A DNA stretch of 64,000 bases, taken from positions 1,954,508-2,018,507 of the forward strand of contig CAWGTN010000002.1 in NCBI GenBank assembly GCA_963825525.1, given 5' to 3'. The translations under genes and the position numbers were made by a program. This document shows, in pieces, positions 1 to 10,173 of the stretch. The stretch is from an uncultured Chloroflexia bacterium (GTDB lineage Bacteria > Chloroflexota > Limnocylindria > QHBO01). Position 1 is the first letter of the stretch, and each line of letters starts with the position of its first letter. Below the pieces are notes generated by a model, which was not told where the DNA came from, did no database searches, and saw only the letters and a list, made by a program, of their open reading frames with translations.

Positions 1-948
1 CCCGCATATCGCCAGTTCTGCGAGCACTTCCTGGCGCCCCTCGCGCTCATGGCGCACCGCGACGTGCGCTGCGGACTGATGCTGCGCGAGTTCATCGATG
101 GCATCCCGCTCGACCTGGCAGCTCGCCTGATGCCGGGACGCACGAAGCTGAACCCGGGACTGCTGGCGCATCTCCACCTGCACGCGGGCGCGCAGCGTCG
201 AGCGGCCAACGAGACGCCTCCGGCGGAGGGCGCGCCGAAGCGAGCTCGCACGGTCAGCGCCACCGGCCAGCGCGCGCTGCTCGACTCGATTCGCCGCACG
301 ATCGCGGGGCTGAGCTGGCGTCCGCGAAGCCACTGGGCCGGGTACGCGACAACCACCTCGTACAGCGAGACGGCCACCGCCAGCAAGGGAAGCCTGGTGC
401 GCGACATGCTCGACGAGGTGGCGGGCACCACGGCCTGGGACCTCGGGGCCAACACCGGCGTGTACAGCGCAATGGCCGCCGATGCCGGCTACCGGGTGGT
501 CGCCTGGGACCAGGACGCGGCGAGCGTCGAGGCCCACTGGCTGCAGGTGCGAGGCGACGGCCGCCCGTCGATCCTGCCCCTGGTGCTTGACCTGGCGAAC
601 CCGTCGCCGGCCATCGGCTGGGCGCTCGAGGAGCGTGCCTCGTTCATCGAACGAGGCGAACCCGACGTGATCCTGGCGCTGGCGCTTGTCCACCATCTCG
701 CCATCGGCAACAACGTGCCACTCGCGGCCATCGCCCGCCTGTTCGCGCGCATGTCGCGCCATGCCATCGTCGAATTCGTGCCGAAGGACGACCCGATGAC
801 GCGGCGCCTGCTCGCCGCGCGCCCGGACATCTTCGACTCGTACACCCTCGATGGCTTCCGCGCCGATGTCGAGGCCACGCATCGGATCGTCCGCGAGGAG
901 CGCGTCGCCGATTCACCGCGCACCCTGTTCCTGCTCGAGCGGCGCTGA
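1..948 (+). CDS. Class I SAM-dependent methyltransferase (NoeA-like), 5' truncated by window edge
   Basis: Frame is open from base 1 (PAYRQFCEHFLAPLALM). SAM motif WDLGANTG plus LALVHHLAIGNNVPL and IVEFVPKDDPM, typical of NoeA-like methyltransferases. Confidence 0.8.
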   Translation, partial: PAYRQFCEHFLAPLALMAHRDVRCGLMLREFIDGIPLDLAARLMPGRTKLNPGLLAHLHLHAGAQRRAANETPPAEGAPKRARTVSATGQRALLDSIRRTIAGLSWRPRSHWAGYATTTSYSETATASKGSLVRDMLDEVAGTTAWDLGANTGVYSAMAADAGYRVVAWDQDAASVEAHWLQVRGDGRPSILPLVLDLANPSPAIGWALEERASFIERGEPDVILALALVHHLAIGNNVPLAAIARLFARMSRHAIVEFVPKDDPMTRRLLAARPDIFDSYTLDGFRADVEATHRIVREERVADSPRTLFLLERR

Positions 949-1018
949 GCGCGCGGTTGGGCAGGCTGCACAGTCATCCACTTCGACACTCCAGGTTGAG
1001 CACCGTAGGATCGGCACC

Positions 1019-1810
1019 ATGAACCGCGAGCGCATCAGCTGGCTGATGGACATGGATGGCGTCATCGTGCGCGAGGAGCACCTCGTGCCGGGCGCCGATC
1101 AGTTCGTTGCCCGACTCACCGAGACCGGCCACCCGTTCCTCATCCTCACCAACAACTCGATGTTCACGACGCGTGACCTTGCCGCGCGGCTCGGACGGCT
1201 GGGGCTGCACGTCAGCCCGGACCGGATCTGGACATCGGCCCTGGCGACCGCAAAGTTCCTGGATGACCAGCGGCCGGACGGCAGCGCGTTCGTCATCGGC
1301 GAGGCTGGGCTGACGACGGCCCTGTACGAGGCCGGCTACACGCTCGTCGAGAACGATCCCGATTACGTCGTGCTGGGCGAGACGCGGACCTACAGCTTCG
1401 AGCGGATCGCGCGTGGCATCCAGCTCATCAGCCGCGGGGCGCGGTTCATCGCGACGAACCCAGACCCCACCGGTCCGAGCGCCGCGGGGCCGATCCCCGC
1501 AACGGGTTCGGTGGCGGCGCTCATCTCCGCGGCGACAGGGGTTCAGCCGTACTACATCGGCAAGCCCAACCCGCTGATGATTCGCTCCGCCCTGCGTCAG
1601 ATCGGCGCGCACTCGGAGTCAACGGTGATGATCGGCGACCGGATGGACACCGATATCGTCACCGGTCTCGAGGCGGGTCTCGAAACCATCCTCGTGCTCA
1701 CCGGCATCACCGAGGACGAGGGGCAGGCGCAGCGCTTCAGCTACCTGCCGACCCGCATCGTGGGCTCCGTTGCCGAGCTGATCGACGAGATCGAGCCCGT
1801 CCCGGCCTGA
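1019..1810 (+). CDS. HAD-IIA family hydrolase (NagD-like)
   Basis: DMDGV motif I, LTNNS, IATNPD, GKPNP, MIGDRMDTDI. TAGGAT -10 box 7 nt before the ATG. Confidence 0.9.
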   Translation: MNRERISWLMDMDGVIVREEHLVPGADQFVARLTETGHPFLILTNNSMFTTRDLAARLGRLGLHVSPDRIWTSALATAKFLDDQRPDGSAFVIGEAGLTTALYEAGYTLVENDPDYVVLGETRTYSFERIARGIQLISRGARFIATNPDPTGPSAAGPIPATGSVAALISAATGVQPYYIGKPNPLMIRSALRQIGAHSESTVMIGDRMDTDIVTGLEAGLETILVLTGITEDEGQAQRFSYLPTRIVGSVAELIDEIEPVPA

Positions 1811-1831
1811 GGACACTGGGACAATGCGCGA

Positions 1832-2464
1832 ATGGCTACGAAGCGCGATGGCCCGGTGAGCGACGAGCTCGTCATCGAGCCGCTCACCCCCGACCGGCTT
1901 GTGGATCTCGCGCGCCTGTTCAGCCAGGGTGGCGACCCGAAGTGGTGCTGGTGTGCCTGGTACCGCGCACGGAGCATCGACTTCCGCACGGCCACCGCCG
2001 CCGACAACCGCCGCCTGATGGAATCGGCCGCCCGGACCGCGGCCGGACAGGGTCGTGCACCAGGTCTCATTGCGTACCGGTCAGGTGAGCCGATCGGCTG
2101 GGTCAGCGTCGGTCCGCGCGAGGACTACGAACGCCTGGAGCACTCGAGAGTGCTTGGACGCGTGGACGAGCGGCCGGTGTGGTCGATCGTGTGCTTCGTC
2201 GTCGCGCGTCGCTCACGCGGCGAGGGGATCGCGACGGCCCTGCTCTCGGCCGCCGTCGAATATGCGCGCGACCACGGCGCCACCCTGCTCGAGGCCTACC
2301 CGGTCGACGCGTCGGACGGTCGCGTCCCCGCCGCGGCCGCCTTCAAGGGGACGCTCGGCATGTTCGAGCGAGCCGGCTTCAAGGTCGTTGACCGCCGCCG
2401 GGCGAACAACGCGGGTGCAGATCGTCCGATCGTTCGGCGCGCCATCCGTCGCCGGCGCGGCTGA
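1832..2464 (+). CDS. GNAT family N-acetyltransferase
   Basis: WCWC motif, WSIVCFVV, RGEGIATALL acetyl-CoA motif, LEAYPVD. Confidence 0.85.
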   Translation: MATKRDGPVSDELVIEPLTPDRLVDLARLFSQGGDPKWCWCAWYRARSIDFRTATAADNRRLMESAARTAAGQGRAPGLIAYRSGEPIGWVSVGPREDYERLEHSRVLGRVDERPVWSIVCFVVARRSRGEGIATALLSAAVEYARDHGATLLEAYPVDASDGRVPAAAAFKGTLGMFERAGFKVVDRRRANNAGADRPIVRRAIRRRRG

Positions 2465-2501
2465 AGCCCTGCGCCAGGAGCGCCGATGAGCGCAGGACTG
2501 C

Positions 2502-3221
2502 CTAGTCGACGACCTCGATCCGGATCCGCTTGTTGATCCTGCCCTTGCTCTCGTAGCCGGTCACCCGCACGTGCCCGATCTCGCGGGTGTTTGCGACGTG
2601 CGTCCCACCATCGGCCTGCAGGTCCAGCCCGACGATCTCGATCGTCCGGACCTCGCTGATTCCCTCGGGCAGCAGGTTGATCTTCGTGCGGATGAGGTCG
2701 GGGATCGCGAACGCCTCGTCGCGCGGCAGGACATTGACCCGGATCTCGCGATCAGCCGCGACCTCGGCGTTCACGCGCTCCTGGATCTCGCTCACGAGCT
2801 CGCCCGACATCGTCTCGAACTCGAAGTCCATCCGGCCGGAGAGCGGCTCCATGTTGCCGCCGGTGACCGATGCCTGGTAGTCGCGCCAGACCACCCCACA
2901 CAGCACGTGCAGCGCCGAATGCGTCCGCATCAGCCGATGGCGCCGCTCCCAGTCGATGCGCGCCGTGACCCGCGTTCCGACGGTGGGAGGCTCCCCGTCG
3001 ACCGTGTGCCACACGTCCGCGCCCCGCTTCTTCGCGCCGGTCACCCGCCACGAGCCGCCGGCTGCGCCGATGAGCTCGCCGGTGTCGGCCGGCTGCCCAC
3101 CGCCGCCGGGATAGAAGACGGTCCGATCGAGCAGCACCGCGTTCGGATCGGCGTCGAGCTCCCGGACGACCGCCGCGGTTTCGCGCGCGTAGGCATCGGC
3201 GTAGCAGATGTTTTCGCTCAC
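2502..3221 (-). CDS. Alanyl-tRNA editing protein (AlaX family)
   Basis: LDRTVFYPGGGGQPAD, RTHSALH Zn motif, QADGGTHV. Confidence 0.9.
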   Translation of the reverse strand: MSENICYADAYARETAAVVRELDADPNAVLLDRTVFYPGGGGQPADTGELIGAAGGSWRVTGAKKRGADVWHTVDGEPPTVGTRVTARIDWERRHRLMRTHSALHVLCGVVWRDYQASVTGGNMEPLSGRMDFEFETMSGELVSEIQERVNAEVAADREIRVNVLPRDEAFAIPDLIRTKINLLPEGISEVRTIEIVGLDLQADGGTHVANTREIGHVRVTGYESKGRINKRIRIEVVD

Positions 3222-3476
3222 GCTCTCAAGGCTAGCGCAGCCACGTAATCTTGGTCTCTGCGTGTGGGAGGCAGGCGCCGTGGTCGACGCCTACGTGTTG
3301 ACGTGCGCGCTGCCGACCCGGTTGCTGCCCTCCAGCATGCGGTGGACACGGTCCGATTCGATCCCGCGCCGTAGCCGGCCAGCCCTTGGGCCTTGACAGC
3401 AGGAGTTCCATTGAGCTGACCCGCGGCAGCCCCGGGGCCGATCTGCGGAACACGAGCTGATGGGAGAAGACGCGCC

Positions 3477-5096
3477 GTGACTGAGAGAATCCGACGATCC
3501 GCGAGCCCGGTGATCCTGCTCATGCTGCTGCTGGTGGCATCAGCCCTGGCCGCGCCGGTCAGCCTGGGCCGACAGCCGACGACGACCGCCGTTGCCGGAA
3601 TCGACATCGATTCCACGACGATACCCGAGCTGCAGGCCCTGATGAACCGGCGCCGGCTCACGTCGATCCAGCTCACGCAGTTCTACCTGCATCGCATCAA
3701 GAAGCTCAATCCCGCGTTGAACGCGGTCATCACCGTGAACCCGAGCGCACTCGCCGAAGCGCGGGCCGCCGATCGTGCACGTCGCAACGGTGACGCCCGG
3801 CCGCTGCTCGGCATGCCGATCATCGTGAAGGACAACATCAACACCACGGGTATGCCGACGACGGCCGGCTCGTGGTCGCTTGCGGGCAGCAGCCCGGCCG
3901 ATGCGTTCATCATCGAGCGCCTCAAGGCGGCCGGCGCCATCATCCTCGCGAAGGCCAATCTGTCGGAGTGGGCAAATTTCCGATCGATCCCGTCGTCGAG
4001 CGGCTGGAGCGGTATCGGCGGCCAGACGAACATGGCCTACGTGCTCGACCGCAACCCGTGTGGCTCCAGCTCCGGATCGGCGGTCGCGGCGTCCGCCGAC
4101 TTGGCCGTGGCCGCGGTCGGGACGGAGACGGACGGCTCCGTGGTCTGTCCCGCGGGCGCGAACGCCCTGGTCGGCATCAAGCCGACCGTCGGACTCCTGA
4201 GTCGTGAGGGGATCGTGCCGCTCAGCGCGGATCAGGACACCGCGGGCCCGATGGCGCGCAACGTCACCGATGCGGCCGTGCTCCTGGGCGCCATGACCGG
4301 CGTGGATCCCGCGGATCCGGCGACAGCCGGCCAGGTCGCGTTCAGCGACTACACCCAGTTCCTTGACGCCAACGCGCTCGCCGGTGCTCGGATCGGGATC
4401 TGGCGCGATGGGACGTACATCTTCGACGGAACGGTCGTCGATGCCGATGTGGCGGCGATCATGGACGATACCGTCGCCTCGCTCACCGCGGCTGGGGCGA
4501 CGGTCGTGGAGGTCGACCTGGCCATCGAGGACGCCTACGGACCGGAGTTCGACGCCCTGCTGTGCGAGTTCAAGTCGGACCTGCCCGCGTACTTCGAGAC
4601 ATACACCGGACCCGGCCACCCGAAGACGCTCCAGGACGTGATCGATTTCAACGAGGCCCATCCCGACCTCGAGGGGCCGTGGAACTCGGAGATCTTCGTC
4701 CTGGCCGAGGAGACCGGAGGACGCGCCGATCCGGCCTGTGTGGATGCGCGCACCACGGCCGACGCCATTGCCGAGGCCTCGATCAACGACACGATGGCTG
4801 CGTTCGACCTCGACGCGATCGTCGCGCCGACGAATGGACCGGCCTGGGTCACCGACCCGGTGAACGGCGATCTCGGCGGGGACTTCTCGCTCTTCATCGG
4901 CTCATCGACCCCGGCTGCGATCGCGGGGTACGCGAACGTCACGGTTCCCGCCGGTTATGTCGACGGGGCGTTGCCGATCGGCGTCTCCTTCTTCGCCGGA
5001 GCATGGGACGAGCCGACCCTGATCGGGTTGGCTTACGCATTCGAGCAGGCGACACGGGTTCGCTTCCCGCCTCAGTTCCTTCCAACCCTGGACTAG
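3477..5096 (+). CDS. Secreted amidase (amidase signature family)
   Basis: Signal peptide, IVKDNI, KANLSEWAN, NPCGSSSGS, GTETDGS. Confidence 0.9.
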   Translation: MTERIRRSASPVILLMLLLVASALAAPVSLGRQPTTTAVAGIDIDSTTIPELQALMNRRRLTSIQLTQFYLHRIKKLNPALNAVITVNPSALAEARAADRARRNGDARPLLGMPIIVKDNINTTGMPTTAGSWSLAGSSPADAFIIERLKAAGAIILAKANLSEWANFRSIPSSSGWSGIGGQTNMAYVLDRNPCGSSSGSAVAASADLAVAAVGTETDGSVVCPAGANALVGIKPTVGLLSREGIVPLSADQDTAGPMARNVTDAAVLLGAMTGVDPADPATAGQVAFSDYTQFLDANALAGARIGIWRDGTYIFDGTVVDADVAAIMDDTVASLTAAGATVVEVDLAIEDAYGPEFDALLCEFKSDLPAYFETYTGPGHPKTLQDVIDFNEAHPDLEGPWNSEIFVLAEETGGRADPACVDARTTADAIAEASINDTMAAFDLDAIVAPTNGPAWVTDPVNGDLGGDFSLFIGSSTPAAIAGYANVTVPAGYVDGALPIGVSFFAGAWDEPTLIGLAYAFEQATRVRFPPQFLPTLD

Positions 5097-5176
5097 CGAC
5101 CGCGAATCACGCGTCACGCTCTGCGTGGGCGGCCCCTGATGGCTGCCCGCGCGGCGCGCGGCGCGCGGCGCCGACG

Positions 5177-5695
5177 CTACCAGCGCTCCTCGTGGACGAG
5201 CTCTTCGAGGGGCAGACGCCCTCCGGCGCGAGACGGCCGGGTCAGGACGGAGGCATCGGCCGGGTAGCCGAACGAGAGCAGGAAGTCGCAGCGCCGATCA
5301 TCGGGCAGCCCAAGCAACCGATGCGCGAGGGCGTGGTCGTACACGGTGGCCGGGACGCTGCCGATGCCGAGCTCCCAGGCTGAAAGCACCATGCTTTGCG
5401 CCGCGCGCCCGCAGTCCCACATCACCGAATTGTTGTAGTGGTCGGACGCGTCGGGGGTCACGAGGGCGATCGCCAGCGTCGCGCCGGCGAGGTGGCCGGC
5501 GTAATGGCCGACGGCCGCGAGCTCTCGGAGATGGTCGCGATCGCGCACGACGACGAACGCCCAGTGCTGGTCGTTCTTCGAGCTCCCGGTGCGGCGCCCC
5601 GCGTTGAGGATGCGCTCGAGCTCGGTGGGCTCGATCGCACGCTCGGAGAACTCACGCACCACGCGCAGAGTGTTGATCGCCTGCCAGGTCTCCAT
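5177..5695 (-). CDS. Nitroreductase family protein
   Basis: RVVREFS, GSSKNDQHWAFVVV, AAQSMVLSAWELGIGS, LSFGYP. Confidence 0.85.
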   Translation of the reverse strand: METWQAINTLRVVREFSERAIEPTELERILNAGRRTGSSKNDQHWAFVVVRDRDHLRELAAVGHYAGHLAGATLAIALVTPDASDHYNNSVMWDCGRAAQSMVLSAWELGIGSVPATVYDHALAHRLLGLPDDRRCDFLLSFGYPADASVLTRPSRAGGRLPLEELVHEERW

Positions 5696-5768
5696 CGGCT
5701 CATCCTGCTCCTTGTTGTGGCGCAATGATCGCATCGGGCCGGACGGCAGAGCATGGCACCATGGGTCC

Positions 5769-7439
5769 ATGAGCTTTGCCCAGGCGCAGGACGCCTTTTT
5801 CGCCGACTTCTTCCGCCTCTATCCCGTTCATGCCACGAACGCGGGCAATCATGAGCACGACCATGCCTGGCCGGATCTGAGCGAGGCTGGGATCGCGGAA
5901 CGCCTGTCCTGGCTGACCGATGCGCGCACCCGGCTGGAGGCCGCCGACGGCCTCTCACGCGACGAGGAGATCGACCGGCGCGTTCTCCTGCGCGAGATCG
6001 ATGCGTTGCGCTTTGACGAGGAGGACCTCGACGAAGCTTCGTGGAGCCCGATCGTCTACTCCTACCTGCTCGGTGGGGGGCTGTTCGCGCTCCTCTCGCG
6101 TGACTTCGCCCCACTGCCCGAGCGACTGGCGAGCGCGACGGGGCGGATGGAGGGGATCCCCGCGGTCCTCGACGCCGCACGCGCCAACCTGACCTCGGGG
6201 CGCGGCCGAGCGGTCAGTGACTTCCACGTCGAGAAGGCGATCGCCACCATGCCCGGCGTCGCCGACCTGTGTCGGACTGCGGTCGAGATGGCCGCCGAGG
6301 CCGACCCTGACATCCGGGCCCGCGTCGAGGCGGCCGCTCAGCCGGCGATCGGCGCCGTGGACGCGTTCGTGGCCTGGATGCGCGATGACCTGCTCCCCAC
6401 GGCCGACGGTGACGTCCGTCTGGGTCCCGACCTCTACCAGCGAAAGTTCCACCATGCGCTGAAGGCCACCATCTCTCCGTCGGACCTCGAGTCCCGGGCG
6501 GCATCGGCCTACGACGAGGTCAGGGCCGAGATGGCCCGCCTTGCCCGCGACCTGTGGCCGTCGCGCGTCGGGGATGAGCCGATGCCCGACGACCCTGACA
6601 AGCTCACGCGCCGCGTGCTCGACGCAATCGCCGAGGACCACCCAGCGGCCGACGAGCTGCTCGACTACTGCCGGGCCGAGCACGAGAGGATCGAGGCGTT
6701 CATCCGGGAGCGCGACCTCATCGGCCTGGCGGACGATCCACTCCAGATCATCTGGACGCCGCCGTTCCTGCGCGCCTTCGGCGGCGCGATGCTCATTCCG
6801 CCGGGGCCGCTCGACAAGGGCCTCGACAGCTTCTTCGCCATCACGCCGCCGAACCCCGAGTGGAGCGACGAGCAGGTGGAGTCGATGTTGCGCGAGAACA
6901 ACGCCCGCGCCCTGCGCATCCTCACGATTCACGAGGCGGTCCCGGGCCACTACCTCCAGCTCGCCTGGTCGAACCGGTGCGACTCGCTGCCACGGGCCGT
7001 GTTCGCGTCGGGCGTCTTTGCCGAGGGCTGGGCGGTGTATACGACGCAGGTCATGATGGACGTCGGATACGGAGCCGATGATCCCGCGTTGATGCTGTCG
7101 CACTGGAAGTACTTCCTGCGCGCCGTCACCAACACCCTGATGGACATTCGCATCCACACCGGGGAGATGACCGAGGACGAGGCCATGACGATGATGGTCG
7201 AGGGCGGCTTCCAGGAGCGATCCGAGGCCACCGAGAAGTGGGCTCGCGCCCGACTCTCATCGACGCAGCTGTGCGAGTACTACCTCGGTTCGGTGGAGAT
7301 GACCGAGCTCGAGCGCGAGGCGCGACGGCGGGCCGAGGCGGATGGTCGCGAATTCGCGTGGCGTCCGTTCCTGGAGTCGGTGATCGGCCACGGCACGCCG
7401 CCGATGCCGGTCATCCGCGACATCCTGTACGGCGACTAG
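5769..7439 (+). CDS. DUF885 family protein (metallopeptidase-like)
   Basis: HEAVPGHYLQ, FAEGWAVY, TQLCEYYLG motifs. Confidence 0.85.
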   Translation: MSFAQAQDAFFADFFRLYPVHATNAGNHEHDHAWPDLSEAGIAERLSWLTDARTRLEAADGLSRDEEIDRRVLLREIDALRFDEEDLDEASWSPIVYSYLLGGGLFALLSRDFAPLPERLASATGRMEGIPAVLDAARANLTSGRGRAVSDFHVEKAIATMPGVADLCRTAVEMAAEADPDIRARVEAAAQPAIGAVDAFVAWMRDDLLPTADGDVRLGPDLYQRKFHHALKATISPSDLESRAASAYDEVRAEMARLARDLWPSRVGDEPMPDDPDKLTRRVLDAIAEDHPAADELLDYCRAEHERIEAFIRERDLIGLADDPLQIIWTPPFLRAFGGAMLIPPGPLDKGLDSFFAITPPNPEWSDEQVESMLRENNARALRILTIHEAVPGHYLQLAWSNRCDSLPRAVFASGVFAEGWAVYTTQVMMDVGYGADDPALMLSHWKYFLRAVTNTLMDIRIHTGEMTEDEAMTMMVEGGFQERSEATEKWARARLSSTQLCEYYLGSVEMTELEREARRRAEADGREFAWRPFLESVIGHGTPPMPVIRDILYGD

Positions 7440-8614
7440 GGGAGCTCCGCAAGCTCCAGCAGCGACCTCCCGCCGTTCGGATGGGCGGTCAGGATGGCGC
7501 CGAGGTCCACGTGGCTGCGGTTGACGAGCACCGCGATCGTGACGTCGGACTCGGGGATGTGCCACAGCATGCTGGTGTACGTGTTGAGGAGTCCCGTGTG
7601 CCCGAAGCCGACGGCATCGGCCAGCTGGATTCGCTGCACGCCGAGGCCGTAGTCGTGGTCGTTGACCTTCTCCATCGCCGCGAGTGACGATGGCTGGAGC
7701 AGCTCGCCGCCGTACAGCGTGTCACCCCAGCGCGCGAGATCGGCGGCCGATGCGCTCATGGCGCCCGATCCCCAGAAGATCGTGGCCCACGCTGGCGAGA
7801 GAAGCCCTCCATCGTCCGCCGCGCCGGTCAGGAGTCGCGTCCGCTCGAGCCCCATCGGCCCCAGGAAGCGGCGTGAGAGCTCGTCGGCCAGCGTCGACCC
7901 GGTGACCCGCTCGACGATGAGGCCGAGCAGGAAGTAGTTGGTGTTCGCGTATGCCCAGCCCTCGCCGGGCCGATACCAGGGTGCATGGATGCTGCCCAGC
8001 ACGTCCGCTCCAGCCCACGCGAGCTCCGGATGCTCCTCGAGCCCACGCCGCGTCGTGTCATTGAAGACGTCCGCGATGCCGCTCGTGTGGTCGAGCAGCT
8101 GGCGAATGGTGATGCTCCGGTCGAAGCCCCGCAGCTCGGGGAGGCGGCTGCGAAGCGTGTCGTCGAGCTCCAGGCGTCCCTCCTCCACGAGCTGCAGGAT
8201 CGCGGCGGCCACGAACGTCTTGGTGACGGATCCGATCACGAACGCGTCGTCGGCCGACAGGGCCGTGGTCGCGTCCCTGGCCCGTCCGGACACGCCACTC
8301 CACAGCAGATCGCCGTCCCGGACCGCCGCGAAGGCAATCCCGTGTGCGCTGGCGGCCGCGCGCGCGGCATCCAGTGCCGCGGCATAGGCGACGGGATCCC
8401 CACGGACGGGAGCCAGGGGCCGAATCGGATCCGCCGTATCTAGCGGATGAACCTGGGGCGGAGGCAGCTTCGCGCCGATGAGGTCGATCGGCGTCGGTCC
8501 GCCTCGCGGCGGCTCTCCGGCATTGAGGGGCGCCAGGGTCAGGTCCGGGGAGAGAAAGACGAGCAGCGACAGCAGAATGCCGGCGAGCGGCGCCCGCAAC
8601 CGGGGGAGCCGCAT
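7436..8614 (-). CDS. Serine hydrolase, beta-lactamase/AmpC family
   Basis: SxxK (GSVTKT), LLDHTSG, YxN (YANTNY), GHTG; N-terminal signal sequence. Confidence 0.85.
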   Translation of the reverse strand: MRLPRLRAPLAGILLSLLVFLSPDLTLAPLNAGEPPRGGPTPIDLIGAKLPPPQVHPLDTADPIRPLAPVRGDPVAYAAALDAARAAASAHGIAFAAVRDGDLLWSGVSGRARDATTALSADDAFVIGSVTKTFVAAAILQLVEEGRLELDDTLRSRLPELRGFDRSITIRQLLDHTSGIADVFNDTTRRGLEEHPELAWAGADVLGSIHAPWYRPGEGWAYANTNYFLLGLIVERVTGSTLADELSRRFLGPMGLERTRLLTGAADDGGLLSPAWATIFWGSGAMSASAADLARWGDTLYGGELLQPSSLAAMEKVNDHDYGLGVQRIQLADAVGFGHTGLLNTYTSMLWHIPESDVTIAVLVNRSHVDLGAILTAHPNGGRSLLELAELP

Positions 8615-8741
8615 TCGGCGCCGCCCCTCGCGCTTGTGAATAGCTCGGGCCTGTTGCATCGAAATCCTCGTGCCTCGCAGATCATGGCGCATCGTCGGTC
8701 GCGGCTCAACCGAAATCGACTTGCCTGCCGCCACGCGTTTT

Positions 8742-8756
8742 GTTAGCATTGCTAAC
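8742..8756. promoter_or_regulatory. Palindromic operator GTTAGCA-T-TGCTAAC overlapping a TAGCAT -10 box (probable MarR box)
   Basis: Perfect 7-1-7 inverted repeat 2 nt before the MFS GTG start; a similar site lies at 10141-10155. Confidence 0.6.
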
Positions 8757-8758
8757 TA

Positions 8759-10123
8759 GTGACGATTCCCCGACTCTTCCCGCGTCCTGGACGCCGCCCC
8801 GATCGGGCGGCGTCGCTGCCGCGCGCTCGCGGCGGAGGATTCGCGCGCGGATTCGTCGCAATGCGGCATCGGAACTATCGGATCTACTGGTTCGGCCAGA
8901 TGGGCAGCCTCGTCGGGGCGTGGATGCAGTCGGTCGCGCTGCCGTGGCTCGTGCTCGAGCTGGGCGGCTCGCCCCTCCAGCTCGGCGCGGTGCTGGCGCT
9001 CATGTTCGCCCCGTCGATGTTCCTGGCCCCGCTCGGCGGAGTGCTTGCCGACCGGGTCGACAAGCGTCGAGTGCTCATGATCGTGAACGCGGTTGCCATG
9101 GTCCAGGCCGGACTGCTCTTCGGGCTGGCGGCCAGCGGCGTGGTCGAGGTCTGGCACATCTACCTGTTGGCGCTGCTCGCCGGGTTCGTCAACGCGATCG
9201 AGATGCCCGTTCGGCAGGCCTTCGCTGCCGAGCTCGTACCCCAGGAAGATCTCGTCAACGCGATCGCCCTGAACTCCACGAGCTTCAACCTGTCGCGTGT
9301 CATCGGCCCGGCCATCGCCGGCGTGACGATTGCCGTATTCGGCGTGGCCATCAACTTCGGCATCAACACGGTCAGCTACCTGTCGGTCCTCATCGGGCTC
9401 TGGATGCTGGACGGCAGCACGCTGCGCCGAATCGAGCGACCCACCCGGTTTCCATCCGTCCGCTCCAGCCTGGCCGAAGGGTTCCGGTACGCGCGCGCCA
9501 CGCCGACCGTGCTGTGGCCGCTCGTGCTGCTGGGCGGGATGGCAGCCTTCGCCATGAACTTCCAGACGCTCCTGCCGCTCTTCACGCGGAACGCCCTGGC
9601 CCTCGACTCGGGCGGCTACGGCGCGCTCTTTGCCGCAATGGGCGCCGGCTCGCTGGTCGGCTCCCTGATCCTGGCATTCATCACCTCGCAACGGCCGATG
9701 CTGACGCTCATCCTGGGTGGGGGAGCGGCGTTCGTCGCCCTCGAGATGGCCCTCGGCTTCGTCCGCTCGCCGCTCCTCGCCTTCCCGCTGGTGGCGGGCA
9801 TCGGCCTGGCCTCGATGCTCATGGTCAACACGATCAACGTCACCATCCAGAACAGCGTCCCGGACGTGCTCCGCGGCCGCGTGATGTCGCTGTACGTGAT
9901 GGTCTTCGCCGGAACGGCGCCCATCGGCGGCCTGTTCGCGGGTGCCATGGCCGAGGCGTTCGGCGCCGCATTCGCGATCAGCTTCGGGGCGCTGCTGGCG
10001 GTCGGCGTCCTGGTGCTGGTCGCCCTCCGTCTGCGGACCGTCGCCATGCCGGATCAGGCCATTGGAACCGAACCTGCACCGTCCGATGCGCCACCCCGCG
10101 GAGTGGCCAGCCGGGCCGCGTGA
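8759..10123 (+). CDS. MFS transporter (DHA3/EntS-like)
   Basis: 12 hydrophobic segments, GGVLADRVDKRR motif A, NAIALNS, LRGRVMS. Confidence 0.9.
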   Translation: MTIPRLFPRPGRRPDRAASLPRARGGGFARGFVAMRHRNYRIYWFGQMGSLVGAWMQSVALPWLVLELGGSPLQLGAVLALMFAPSMFLAPLGGVLADRVDKRRVLMIVNAVAMVQAGLLFGLAASGVVEVWHIYLLALLAGFVNAIEMPVRQAFAAELVPQEDLVNAIALNSTSFNLSRVIGPAIAGVTIAVFGVAINFGINTVSYLSVLIGLWMLDGSTLRRIERPTRFPSVRSSLAEGFRYARATPTVLWPLVLLGGMAAFAMNFQTLLPLFTRNALALDSGGYGALFAAMGAGSLVGSLILAFITSQRPMLTLILGGGAAFVALEMALGFVRSPLLAFPLVAGIGLASMLMVNTINVTIQNSVPDVLRGRVMSLYVMVFAGTAPIGGLFAGAMAEAFGAAFAISFGALLAVGVLVLVALRLRTVAMPDQAIGTEPAPSDAPPRGVASRAA

Positions 10124-10140
10124 CGCCGGGCCGCAGGGTG

Positions 10141-10155
10141 GTTAGCATGAGCAAC
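10141..10155. promoter_or_regulatory. Second, degenerate copy of the operator (GTTAGCATGAGCAAC)
   Basis: Matches 8742-8756 and lies in front of the paralogous MFS gene. Confidence 0.5.
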
Positions 10156-10173
10156 TTCCCGGAGATCTGAACC

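Noticed and set aside
3232-3453. Possible small ORF or structured RNA between alaX and the amidase
   Set aside because: No recognisable motif, SD or RNA family signature; consistent with a divergent promoter region (TTGACA near 3393).
5097-5176. GC hairpin and (GCGCGGC)n between amidase and nitroreductase
   Set aside because: Consistent with an ordinary terminator-like hairpin between convergent genes; no match to either repeat family.
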